DNA from: Octopus vulgaris
Taxonomy: Eukaryota
Reading direction: 5' to 3'
Length of the DNA stretch: 64,000 nucleotides
NCBI GenBank assembly: GCA_951406725.2
Contig: OX597825.1
Span: 44,826,001 to 44,890,000, forward strand
In this document: positions 39,640-51,989 of the stretch, in pieces
Layout of the letters: each line of letters begins with the position of its first letter
Numbering within the stretch: the first letter of the stretch is position 1
The notes under the pieces: generated by a model
The model's database searches: none
The model's input: only the letters and a program-made list of their open reading frames with translations
What the model was told of the DNA's origin: nothing
Made by a program: the position numbers and the translations under genes

Positions 39640-40780
39640 AAATAGAAATAAGTTGTTGGCCCTTTAATCTCACAAACTTCTCACATCATTAAAGTATTCG
39701 AGAGGGTAGTGACTTTTCTGGAGAAAAACTAATTGCATGATCCAAATCAAAATAGTGTTTGTAGTGGTAGAGACTGCTTAACACAGTTTCTACAACATCC
39801 TAAAAGATAGAGAGCTACAATACTGACATCAGTAAAGTTTTAGACAATCGACTACAAAATTCTGCAGAAGAAATTATTCAGAGTCAGTGTCCGTAGTAGA
39901 CTGCAGTGGATTAAGTGTGTTTGATGTCAAACAGAATCCAATATACTGTGATCGATGGAACTAGCTAACATAGTGTACTCTCAGTGTGCCCTCGAGACCA
40001 GATATATATAGTGTACCCTCAAGACCAACAAAAATACTGTACCATCCGATTACAGTGTTAGGCCCGCTTTGCTTGTTTACTTAAATAACATTGGAAATGT
40101 CACTAAAATTAGTAAAATCAAATATGACTCTAAGCTCCAGAAAGTCATCAAGGGAGTACGCTGACCAACAGAGCTCCAATCCATTCTATACGCTGGGATT
40201 CAATGAGCAAAAAAATGCAAAGCAAAACAAATGAGACAAAAATTCGAGCTCATCCATTTTGGAAAAGAGAATATACATAACAGTCATATTCCCTTCCCTG
40301 GGGTTAGCTTCGCCTCGTGCCAAATAACATCAGAGACTTAGGTGTATCTTTGGAAAACAACCTAAGCTGGAGCGCGCACATTAATAATAAAGTCGAAATA
40401 GCCTGAAAAATGTACTCATGAATCCTTAGAACTTTCTAGCCCTGATCTCCTGATGCCATCATTCCTCTCTTCCCTACGTTTTTTGGTCTCACTTTCAGTA
40501 TTGCTGCCCACTATGACTCCCGCTTATAAAAAAAAGAAACATTAAGAGAAAAGAAGCACCCCAGGAATCGATCGTAAAAAATAATAAGTAGATGATATGA
40601 CAGAGATCACATCAATATGTTTACACTTTAAGTTCTCCAACGCCACTGCGAACGCTAAATTATTTTTACAATGTCCATCAATATTCTTCAAATGATGCCG
40701 GTATCAAGTTCACAAGACATCCATGGATTGGCCCCGGAGCCATACGCCATCTACAAAAATCGAGCTTATTGCAACACAAC
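39640..40780 (+). pseudogene. CR1/L2-group LINE RT remnant
   Basis: TSHIIKVFERVV; NQNSVCSGRDCLTQFLQH; TVLGPL; IRDLGVSLENNLSWSAHINNKV; ILRTF; YCCPL. Confidence 0.8.
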
Positions 40781-40789
40781 TTGCTTACG

Positions 40790-41280
40790 TTGATGTTCTT
40801 AGGAGCAAGTATTGCTCTTTCACACAATCAGTTAAGATTGTAGTAGTTGTCCTGCAAATTCGGGAACACCTTGTCCCTTAGTTCATTGATAGAAGATACA
40901 ATGGTACAAAGTGGCGAGATGTCTAGTTCACCTGTCGCGTTCAATGGCACCTTACCGTCACCAAGTTCCAAAAAATCTTTAGCAAACTGGGAAGAATTTC
41001 GATCACCATAAATTCAGGCTCTCATATTTGTGGATAGCGTAAGTGTTGTAACATGACACCACAGCGGTGAGGACTTAAGGCACACTTGTACTTCATCTGC
41101 CCTCGTACTTTTAGGAATGACAGGAAGAGTTTGTCTAAAGTCACCTGACAGTAGAAACGTTGCACCACCCATTGGAGCCTGACTATCTCGTACATCCCCC
41201 AAATTTCTATCTAATGTCTCTTAGCCTCCTCTATGAGCCATTGTGTACTCATCCCATACGATAAGAATACATCGTCGGAG
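40790..41280 (-). pseudogene. Helitron PIF1-like helicase fragment
   Basis: LIVWDEYTMAH; MGGATFLLSGDFRQTLPVIP; LKSSPLW; LSTNMR; RAILAPKN. Confidence 0.9.
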
Positions 41281-42382
41281 TTGAAATTCACATTATAACA
41301 TGATTCCTGTCCATGTAAATGCCAGCTGTTTATAAGCGCTGAATAAACTTTGCTTGAGATTCCACGCGCGTAAAAAATATCGAGTTTTCACCTTACGCGT
41401 ATAAGCTGCATGTTTACGTGCAAGGCAGTTCACAAAAAAAAAACCTTTCACGTGAAATACCGTAAAGAATTGTTTTATTTTCAATTGTGGCCCACAAATC
41501 CATGGGAATCGAAAAAATTTAAAACGTAGAAATACCTCCTGAAAAATCTATTCAGTGTTACAATTTTGAAGAAAATCTTTCGTCAAATGTATAAATTCTC
41601 AAATGTAATAAATAACAAATAATAAGTTGATAAACAGTAGTTTAATAAGAGAAATTGAAGCATTTTAACAGTGATACATAATGTTTGGTGCACAGTGCGC
41701 ATGTGTGAAAACCTATAAGACATTTGGACAAAGAATGGAGGCGCTAAAGCATTATCGATTTTTTTCGATGTGCTACACCTCGCAAAGGAAGCACCCTAAA
41801 AGTATACAAATTTTTACAAGCTGTAGGTTAGAGTCTAATGTACATTAGACGCGAAGTTGAGCGCAATCGGATAAAAGCTTAAGACGCTTTGTCCAAAACG
41901 AAATTTTTTGAGTCGGTTCTCATCCTGTGCTCAAACGAAACGGAATTTGAAAAAACTAAAGATGATATTAAACTCCTTAGATAAAAATGCATAAGTATGT
42001 TGATTTTGATGAAAATCGGACAACTTTGAAAAAATCGATAATGATTTATTGATTTTTGGAGGAGATCCGATATCAATATGAAAAAAATCAATAGTGTCAC
42101 GACCCGTCTCGTCCAAAAATGCATCGATATGTAAAGTTTCAAAAAAAAAAGCGTCGGCTAGTTTCGAAGAAGAATCCGGAACGCCAGACACTCAGACACA
42201 CACAATGACACACAGACAACCTATATTTTATATAGAGAGATTTTATTTTTACTTTTTTACTCTATGTATTTTATTTTATTTTTTTTTATTCTTTGTTTTA
42301 TTTTAAAGTGTTATGAACCCTAGCATAGTTAATATATCTAATATTTTTAACCCTTTCGATATTTACAATAAGTAAATATTAG

Positions 42383-42595
42383 GGCAGCGAGCTGGTAGAA
42401 TCGTTAGCACGCCGGGTAAAATGCCGTTACGTTCTGAGTTCAAATTCCGCCGAGGTCGACTTTGCCTTTCATCCTTTCGGGGTCGATTAAATAAGTACTA
42501 GTTACGCACTGGGGTCGATGTAATCAACTTAATTCCTTTGTCTGTCCTTCGTTGTCCCCTTCCGTGTTTATCCCCCTATGAGCAATAAAGAAATA
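42383..42595 (+). mobile_element. tRNA-derived SINE family C (Nin-domain-like) with 18-bp TSD
   Basis: Core GCCTTTCATCCTTTCGGGGTCGAT. TSD GATATTTACAATAAGTAA at 42358-42375 and 42596-42613. Confidence 0.85.
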
Positions 42596-43003
42596 GATAT
42601 TTACAATAAGTAATAGATTGCCTGGAATGACTTCCACCTTAATCAAATATTAATAATAACTATACATACATGAATTAAACTCTACATACTAATTTTCTAT
42701 TGCTTTAATATGTATGGACATAATATCGCAATATATGACATTTCTACCAATGTATCTACTTTTACTAAACACCCTAGATGAATATATTGACCTATTCTTA
42801 CTTTACAACTCCAATATACACTACTTTGCTCCCCTTTCTAAAGTCTATACCATGTTTTATACTATATTCTTTATGCATAAATTTTATCAGTCAACGGTTT
42901 GCAGCCGTATAGTCAACATGCATGAATTGAACACCTATTTTGTATATCTTAAACTACCTCTGAGAAGATTTGACATTCAAATAATTTAAAATTTTATTAA
43001 TTA

Positions 43004-43042
43004 ATTTTCTGAAGGCCTAGAATTGAAACAGCTGTAAAAAAT
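43004..43042 (+). ncRNA. Minimal HHR-like motif (degenerate)
   Basis: atttt-CTGAAGG-cctagaatt-GAAA-cagctg-TA-aaaaat, with palindromic stem III. Confidence 0.45.
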
Positions 43043-43123
43043 GTTTGTCAATTTTTTAATTAATAAATAATAATTTATTATCTCTCTATTTTCTTATCTT
43101 ATTGTTTTATATATAGGCTATGT

Positions 43124-43258
43124 AAAATCTCTGAGCGAGATGTAAACAGAAGCAATACCGATTCGTAATATATAATTGCCAACCAAGTGTGGCGTCCTGT
43201 AGGGGACACTGCTACTGAGGTTTATAACCCCAGGAAGACATCTCTTCCAGTTGGCTAT
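43124..43258 (-). repeat. Fragment of the HHR-repeat conserved domain
   Basis: AAATCTCTGAGCGAG...TTGCCA..TGGC...CCCCAGGAAGACATCTCTTCCAGTTGGCT is the reverse complement of motifs in the 5300-7090 units. Confidence 0.7.
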
Positions 43259-43265
43259 ATATATA

Positions 43266-43634
43266 GTCGCAGGCATAGTTCTATAATAAGAAGCTTGCTT
43301 CCCAACTATATGTTTCCTGGTTCAGTCTCCCTGCGTGGCACCTTAGGCAAGTGTCGTCTACTATAGCCTCCGGCCGACTAAGGCCTTGTGATTAGATTTG
43401 GTAGACGAAAACCGAAAGACCGTCGTGTATATATATGTGTGAGTATGTGTGTATGTCTGTGTTTACGTGCGTATGTGTGTATGTTTATCTCCCCCTTCAC
43501 CGCTTGACAATCGGTAGTAACGATAGAATACGTATTAAGGTTAAAATATAAGTCATGGGGTCGATTTATTCGACTAAAATCCTTCAAGGCGGTGCTCCAG
43601 TATGGCCGCAGTCAAATGACTGGAATAAAGAAAA

Positions 43635-43637
<3 letters not shown>
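43266..43637 (+). mobile_element. tRNA-derived SINE family A (OK-like)
   Basis: Colinear with 7603-8000. Another 3' fragment lies at 36325-36424. Confidence 0.8.
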
Positions 43638-43682
<45 letters not shown>

Positions 43683-43688
<6 letters not shown>

Positions 43689-45390
43689 GGAGTTAAATGC
43701 AGATGTAATTCAAATTCTTTTACTTCCGACATAGGAATAAAATGATGTAAAAAAGGTAATCTTCTCATCAGAGAAAGAAAGAAAGAAACCAAACTCCTCA
43801 ATAAGATATTTTAACAGAATGTAATGGATGTGTATAATGATGAACGGAACGCTATTACGTTTTTTTTTTAAAAAAACGTTAGAATATATAACGTCAAAGG
43901 AAGCCTATAGAAAGAGAATGGGTAAAGGAAAGAAATAAGCAGAAAACTAATAAAGGAGAAATATAGCGCGATATATGAATTAAAATAAAAGATTAAAGGC
44001 CTGGAAATAGATATATCTAGTAGAAGTGAAATGTAAGAAGGAAATCAATGTTCAAATTATATATAATGGTAGATATCACTTATATGAACTAAAAGTATGT
44101 TTCTGCCAATGTTTACATCGATAAGCACGCTCTATAAACGTGTTTACAAGGGAATTCTTAGAAAATAGAATATAAAATAGTTCACTATTATAGAGCTGGC
44201 AATATTCTTTTGCCTTTATCGTATGGGAATGAAATGGAGAGAATCAACCAATCTAAATTAAATTGTTTATGATGATCATTTAGATACCAAATTAATTTAC
44301 TAAGCCCTGTACTTTTGCGTTTACTACAAGCCCTAAATGTAGAGTAATGATTAGAAATTCTTTTAGATAGCTGAGAAGAGTTACCTATACAAAAAGACAT
44401 CCGTACCGGAAGTAATTTTACCCTGGTATATAGAGTCTTTAGTCTTAGTAAGACACAAACTTAATTCTGTTGGAATTAACTTCAGAGACAATATTGTTAA
44501 TATTTCTAGCGGTATGGTCAGTATTAGCTAAATTAATGTTAGTATTAGTAATTGGATTCTTATTTAACAGACTATTATTATGTGAAAGATCTTTTGTGTT
44601 GGAAAAACTGATCCTAACCGTGTGCGAGTTGATCGAGTAATACCTAGAATTCTTTGGAAAATTCTTAATAATAGCTTCCCGAAACTGGAAAGGAAGATTA
44701 GATTTAATTTGTCTCTCACAAGGAATAATAAACCAAATTGTTTTGCTAGCAGTTGCCTTATTTTTAGTGTAACTATCTGTAAAAGAAATTGATTTACTTA
44801 TAGAATGAAAAAAAGGGCTTAAATAACGGTTATCTCCCTTACACTGTAAAAAACCTTCCTCTGTTTGGTGTTGGCGTCTAAATTAAAATTAAAATCGTTC
44901 ATGTCTCCATTACTAAAAGTAGAATAAGATTGAATAGAATTAATGTAGGTAACGTTCTCTGTATAGCCTGCTTTAAGTAAGGCAGAGTTATAAAATTCAG
45001 CCTTGTCGTTGAAAATGTCAGCATTAGCAGATAACTTAGACAATCTGAATTTTGAACTAAATTCTTAGTGATTGGCCTAGAATGATTACTGAATTGGCTA
45101 ATATACTAAAGATTGGTTGATGGTTTGTGGTATGGGAAGTACGAATTATTGTGTAAGTTAAGTGTAATATCTAAAACGTTGGTTTTCGTTACATCATCAT
45201 CAAAAACGACGCCTAAGATTAACTTAATAGCGTTCTGTTCATCATTATACACATCCATCACATTCTGTTAAAATGTCCTATTGATGAGTTTGGTTTCTCT
45301 CTTTCTTTCCCTGATGAGAAGATTACACTGTTTTACACATATGTCGGAAGTAAAAGAATTTGGATAACACCTGCGTTTAATTCCATTTAT
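43683..45390 (-). mobile_element. 5'-truncated Penelope-like element with inverted pLTRs
   Basis: ~165-bp inverted arms at 43683-43857 and 45226-45390. RT thumb NVLDITLNL..YFPYHKP; LPFQFREAIIKNFPKNSRYY; GIY-YIG CIGNSSQLSKRISNHYSTF..STGLSKLIWYL. Confidence 0.9.
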
Positions 45391-45571
45391 TTATTTATTT
45401 ATATTATACAAAATATTTCACATCAACCCGGAGTTTCTTATTACTCGTGTGATTTTTTTGCTGCCCTGGTAACTGCTTATTTTTTCTGTGTTAATTGTAA
45501 ACAAGGGAAAAATACACACATCCGTTTATATATATGTGTGTGTGTGTGTGTGTATGCATATTTATATATAC

Positions 45572-45627
<56 letters not shown>

Positions 45628-45632
<5 letters not shown>

Positions 45633-45953
45633 GAAATGAAGAAAATGCTGACAAAATAATTTAAGTAATTTAATTAGGTGAAAGTTCTTTATACCGGTTG
45701 CGCATTTGTTATGCTTATCAAAAGATGTTTTTTTAAGAGTGATAGATTTTTTGTAATAGATAAGAGGAAAAAATCTATCAGAAAGTAACTCTATCTCTCT
45801 TAAAAAAACATCTTTTGATAAGCATAACAAATGCGCAACCGGTAAAAAGAACTTTCACCTAATTAAATTACTTAAATTACTTAAATTATTTTGTCAGCAT
45901 TTTCTTCATTTCCTTTTTTATATATCACAACTCGTGTTCCACATTTCCTTTTT

Positions 45954-45956
<3 letters not shown>
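45628..45956. repeat. Palindromic PLE-derived unit with variant HHR motif
   Basis: Near-perfect palindrome between (TA)n tracts. tctt-TTGATAA-gcat-aacaa-atgc-GCAA-ccgg-TA-aaaaga at 45811-45850. A second copy lies at 54258-54586. Confidence 0.85.
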
Positions 45957-46029
<73 letters not shown>

Positions 46030-46030
<1 letters not shown>

Positions 46031-47310
46031 GAGGGGCGTTCAATAAGTAATGCCCCTGACCCACTTGCAGTTGTTTGATCTTGCATGTGCAATTATTGAT
46101 ATCTCTATAGAGTAAGTGGCAAATTACAGCTCCGAACTAATTGTGGTTTCTGATTTACAGGTGTTTGAAATGAGTCAAGTGGGAAATGGAGCATGTTGAG
46201 TGTCGAGCAGTGATCCGGTTTTTGTATTTGAAATGACGCACACCACGGGAGACTTTTGATGAAATGAAAGTAACTTATGGTGATGATGCCCCATCATATG
46301 ACCTTGTAAAACGCTGGCATCGTGAATTCAAACATGGTCGGAACTCTGTGGAAACAGCTCCCAGATCTGGTCGCCCCCTTCTGCCATTGATGAGGCATCT
46401 GTCCGTCAAGTTGAGGCTGCCATTTTGGAAGATCGACGCATAACTATTCGCCAAATAGCCCATGAGGTCAAGATTAGTACAGGGTCTGTGGAAACTATCA
46501 TTCATGACCATTTGCATATGCAAAAGGTGTCTGCCAGATTGATTTCCAGGTTGCTCACACTTTTCCAGAAGCAAGAACGCAAGAATTCCAGAAGCAAGAA
46601 TTTAGGGATGTGCCAAGAAGATGAGTCAAAATTTTTCAAAAGACTGATTACACAGGATGAGACCTGGGTCCATCACTATGATCCAGAGACCAAAGCCCAG
46701 TAAATGCAGTGGAAGCACCATGAATCACCTCCTCCAAAGAAGGCAAGGGTGCAGCCCTCCGCTGGCAAGGTCATGCTCACAGTCTTCTGGGACCAGGACG
46801 GAGTAGTGATGACAGATTTCCTGGCAAAGGGTACCACAATTACAGGAGCCTATCATGTTTCACTTTTGGGGGAAATTAAGAGAAGCTATCGAAACCAAGA
46901 GGCGGGGCAAGATCAGCAAAGGCTTCCTCCTCCTGCAGGACAACGCTCCGGTCCACAACTCGCTTGTCGCCAGATCAGAAGCACAGGCGTGCGGCTATGA
47001 ACTCTTCCACCATCCCCCTACTCTCCTGACCTTGCACCCTCTGATTTTCACATCTTCCCAGCCATGAAGTTGTTTTTGAAAGGAAAGCGTTTCCCAGATG
47101 ATGCAGCCTTGATTTCTGAAGTCACGTCGTGGTTGGAGGACCAAGCTGGGGTCTTCTACGAAAACGGTCTCCGGAACTGCATCAAACGATGGGAGAAATG
47201 CGTACCTCTGGGTTGTTTCTATGTAGAAAAAGACTAATACCTGTGCCAAGTTTCGTTGCTCTACTGCTATGGGAAGTGGGTCAGGGGCATTACTTATTGA
47301 ACGCCCCTCG
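46030..47310 (+). mobile_element. Mariner transposon (irritans-like), full length, inactivated
   Basis: Perfect 37-bp TIRs with TA flanks. DETWVHHYDPETK, KVMLTVFWD and QDNAPVH, with stops and frameshifts. Confidence 0.95.
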
Positions 47311-47394
47311 TATATATACATACGTATATGAGAAGAAGTGAATTCTCCCGCAGAAAAAATATAAAAGATTTTTGTGGGGGCTTGAAAATGCACC

Positions 47395-48540
47395 TGACTC
47401 AGGCATTTGAATATTACAGGAGGGTGACAAGACTAGGTATATAGTAAAGTTTCTTGTTAGATTTATGGTAAAGTTTATTAGAGGAGTTCAGGTCTAGAAA
47501 CATCTGAAAAATCAGCTATAGATGGATTAGTAGCGACTGTGATTTTAAGGCCTAATTGACTGGAAGGTGTGACCATCACAACCATGAGAAATACCCAAAC
47601 TGTTGTCTCAGTATAGGCCGTCTTGAGATGGGTACTTAGATCTCAGTGTGCTCGATTACAAAGAGACTCACTATATCGCAGATGTCAGTACTATTTTATG
47701 ACACCATAGATATATCGAATAATTCATCATTAACCGACTTTTTTACCCATGCTGAGCCCTAACTAAACAGTAGTGTTTTGCACATGCCTGATTTAGCAAG
47801 CTTGATGGCTTTATCAAGCAGCGATATGGAGGTATAAAAATCTATAATGTCATACTTAGTGAATCTAGTCTTCTTATTTTTAATGTTCTTGAACCAATCT
47901 ATTGCAGCAAAACTATTATTCTACTGTTAAAGTCTAGTGGTCTCTCTAATTTTATTATTAATGTTTCTTAGCATTTTGTTAGCTTGTAGTGCAATTTCAG
48001 ACCTCGCTGGGTTTAACAACCTAAAGTGGGTTTATTATGAAAATTAGATTTATGATCTTGTAAAATAATAAAGGCTTCCTTTTAGCTAAGCATTCTAATC
48101 TAATGTCGATTTTACTACGTTTAGCGAGAAATTTAGCCTCATCATTAATATCGTTGTATCATTCTGTGTTAGCTCTCTTATATTCAGTGGAATAGATCAT
48201 TAGTAACTTCATACAGGTTCTTGGCCTTATCAGAAAATACGAACTTCTTTTTAGAACTTCTAATTTTTAATATCAGATTTCATTTTAGTTTGAAAGGTGT
48301 TATGGTACTTACAGAATCTAACATTGCTAATTAAATCGAGGAGGTCTGTCTCAAAAGGGAATCAATTTTTAACAGTAGGAGGGTATTTACGTGTCTTTAA
48401 ATTCCGCATACGTTAAAGATAGTGTAGTATAAAAAATAAGGCTTTCCATCTCATCCGATTCACGAGCTCTTCAACTTTCTCGAGGAGTATCCTGAAACAG
48501 GCAATTCAGTGGTGTATGTTCTTAGTGGAGTAATCCATGT
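47395..48540 (-). pseudogene. Penelope-like reverse transcriptase remnant
   Basis: FVFSDKAKNLYE; AFIILQDHKSNF; RLLNPARSEI; YDIIDFYTSIS; GLKITV; HPPVIFK. Confidence 0.85.
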
Positions 48541-48560
48541 GGTATAAATCGATAATTCAA

Positions 48561-48791
48561 GGCGGCGAGCTGGCAGAAACGTTAGCACGCCGGGCGAAAT
48601 GCTTAGCGGTATTTCGTCTGCCGTTACGTTGTGAGTTCAAATTCCGCCGAGGTCGACTTTGCCTTTCATCCTTTCGGGGTCGATAAATTAAGTACCAGTT
48701 ACGCACTGGGGTCGATGTAATCGACTTAATACCTATGTCTGTCCTTGTTTGTCCTCTCTGTGTTTAGCCCCTTGTGGGTAATTAAGAAATA
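48561..48791 (+). mobile_element. tRNA-derived SINE family C (Nin-domain-like) with 16-bp TSD
   Basis: Head GGCGGCGAGCTGGCAGAA with B box GAGTTCAAATTCC. TSD GGTATAAATCGATAAT at 48541-48556 and 48792-48807. Confidence 0.9.
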
Positions 48792-49841
48792 GGTATAAAT
48801 CGATAATAGCGTGTAAATTGCTAAAATTTTTAAAGTCACTCAAACATATGAATGTTATTAATTTGCAGTAGAAAGTCATGTGTGGACATACATAGTATAC
48901 TGTACCGTGATGGTAAGGTCAGCAAAAAAATACTCCATCTGTTAAGAGATAAATATTATTTAATACACAAAATATGTTTTTATATGCTACTATTTATTTC
49001 ATGCGCTGATGCCTTAGTTCCTTTTGAAGAATTGGGAAGTACCTCCCTCACCAGAGTGATTAACTGTACCATAGGTTCTAACCCACTATCTTTTACAGCC
49101 ATATAATTAACGGTCTAAAAGAAATAACTCTCATTCCCCTTTTGCTTCTTTCTGATTTCTTTCTGGTTTTCCGGTTTTTCAATCTTTCAAACTTTTAATC
49201 ACATTTTATATATACTTCCTTCTCGAATTTTCTCGCTTTTTCTCTCGTCACATTTTTAGCTCGTTATGTCATGTAGGCAGTGTCTGATGATTGCTCTGAG
49301 ACACCAGACATGTTATAAAACACTGTTTGGTATGTTCTCAACACATGAAACTAATAGTAGCAGATAAAAAATATAATTGTGTCTATCCAATAATGTGTGT
49401 GCGTGTATTTATGTTTGTATGTATATATGCAGGGCCTACAAAAACATGTATGTATGTATGTATGTATGTATGTATGTATGTATGCATGCAAGCAGGTTTG
49501 CAAGTATGAATTTATATGAAAACTATTAAATAATACAAATTGATTGTTGATTCAGCCGGTACATCGTTCCGAAGTCCGAAACCCCAAGAGAGAACGACCT
49601 ATGAAGTTTTAATGGAAAAGGGGGATGCTCTCTGCAATAAATAGCCCTTGTTTATATCAGCTGTCCACCGTCAAACATTCTTCAATAAAAATTTACCTGT
49701 TTATGTATTATAATTGTTCTGACATTAAAACAGATTAAATACTATTTTGGATTTGAAGGAAGGCGGAATCTACACCACTGTGCATGTATCTTAGTACGCG
49801 CGTGTGTGTTTGCGTGTGTATATATGTACATATATGTAATC

Positions 49842-49891
<50 letters not shown>

Positions 49892-49895
49892 ATAC

Positions 49896-49926
<31 letters not shown>

Positions 49927-50659
49927 TGTATGTATGTATGTATGTATGTATGTATGCATGCATGTATGTTTGCAAGTATGAATTTATATGAAAAGCATAG
50001 TTTTCTAATGAATAATATAGAATATCACTATGTCAAAAAGGTAAAATTGCTCGACCTTAAACTATATTCATAAATAAGATATTTGATTACTTAAAGCTGG
50101 CGGTTGAAAGCCAACCCCAACCCGCACCGCCCTATATAGCAGGACGTTCCTTCTAAAAACCTACGTATCTAGTCGAAATGATTTCAGGAATGTTGGGCAA
50201 TGTAACTTAAGCAAAATAAGAAACGAAAGTATTTCATGATTAATTTAAGATGTTAATATGTAATTTGGCCAATATGTTTGCAGGGCTGTTTGTATCATAT
50301 TGCTGAATTCGTAATTGTTTCATACGGAAACACTGGTTGAAACTTCGGTAGCTTAACAGTCTGCACGTTACAATTTTTCTGGTCCGCTCTCTCCTCCAAA
50401 TACTAGTAAGTGTATTCAAAAGAAGATATTTTAATGAACATGAAATTTAAATAGTGTGGTTACCTTGCAACGGAGCACCCTGGTTGTTAATGTAAAATAT
50501 GGAGAGAACGAAAACCATTTAAGGAGTTCACAAAGATAGTAAAACTCACAGCGATTACCAAAAATCAATAAAACAACTTATATAAGCAGTAACTGAAAAT
50601 ACAGTGTATATATCACCAAAAAGTATCAAAGCAAAAACAGATTGAATTTTCAAACTCTA

Positions 50660-51600
50660 GGCGCGGAAGTAGCTATGTGGTAAGTAGCTTGCTTACCGGG
50701 ATCCCGAATGGCCTCAGCAGATAGCTGAGGAGGTCATAACGTTGCGCGTGTTACAAAGGCTGAAGGGACTAAACGAGGAATATCGCTCGTGGTCGGGTGA
50801 TGCCAACTCGGAGTCCGCCTTGATTTTAAAGCAAGCATGGGAGATGGAGTACACAGACACAAGCGATGATAAGGTGGAAAATTGACAAGAGGTTGAAAAG
50901 CCTCGGTGTTATAATGTGTAAGAGGCTCAGTGCCTCATTTGTAAATGGACTAGTGTTGATTGTATATTGAATATTTTATTGTATGTTGTTGCCTGTTATT
51001 ATTTGTAATGGACTATTAAGTTCAATAATTGTAAAAACTGTTGTGAGAGGTTCAATACTTTGTTTTGTTTTTTCTGTTGGAAAAAAAAAGAATAATGTTT
51101 TAGAGAAGCAGAAAATCGGTGGGCGTTTTTTATCTTCTCCCATCAATACCATCCTTGTTTCATCATTCACCTCATCAATGTATGTGTCCAGTCCGCAAGC
51201 TACTCTTTGTAATGCCTTTATGGCAAATCTTAATGAAATAAAGTAGCTTGCTTACCAAACACATGGTTCCGGGTTCAGTCCCACTGCGTGGCACCTTGGG
51301 CAAGTTACTTCTACTATAGTCCCGGACGTTGTGAGTAGATTAGATAGACGGAAACTGAAAGAAGCCTGTCGTATTTATGTGTGTGTTTGTGTGTGTATCT
51401 GTATTTGTACCCCACCATCGCTTAACAACCGATGTTGGTGTGTTTACGTCTCCGTAACGTAGCGGTTTAGGAAAAGAGACCTATAGAATAAGTACTAGAC
51501 TTACAAAAATTAAGTCCTGGGGTCGATTTGTTCGACTAAAGGCAGTGTTCCAACATGGCCGCTGTCAAATGACTGAAACAAATAAAAGAATAGAAGAATA
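50660..51600 (+). mobile_element. SINE family A interrupted by a 543-bp retroposed insert
   Basis: SINE head at 50660-50697 resumes at 51241. TSD AAGTAGCTTGCTTACC at 50682-50697 and 51241-51256. Confidence 0.85.
50698..51240 (+). mobile_element. Probable 3' end of a 5'-truncated LINE
   Basis: Coding-like tail ending ...SDDKVEN*, then a U-rich UTR ending TGCCTTTATGGCAAATCTTAATGAAATA, flanked by a 16-bp TSD. Confidence 0.55.
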
Positions 51601-51989
51601 TATCATATTGTACGCAAAAGTGGACTATACAGAGTATTAGTTTGTGATATTGAAACAGCTAGGAAGAAATGGACTTTACTTAGTGTACATTTTACAATCT
51701 CGGAAATAATGCACAGATAATCTACATCACATTGGAAACTATATGAGGGTCGTAAAAAACATGATTTCAAACCTATATAAAATATGCAAATATTAATAGC
51801 AAAATTAATTCTAGTAGATTATGTGAACCTTTGCCATCACCTGTATTATTTTATTTTAACTTAAAACATTTAAAATTTGGTGTAGATGCAAAATTTATAT
51901 ATGATGGGCTTCTAAGTTGTTTGAAATGAGTATACTTGCACGGTTAAGTATCATTGAACAAAATGTATTAGGGTGATGAAGAATATCAA

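Noticed and set aside
49278-49326. Hammerhead at cagtgt-CTGATGA...acactg
   Set aside because: There is no GAAA box and no clear stem II or III, so it is at most a dead relic. The same applies to 45307-45349.
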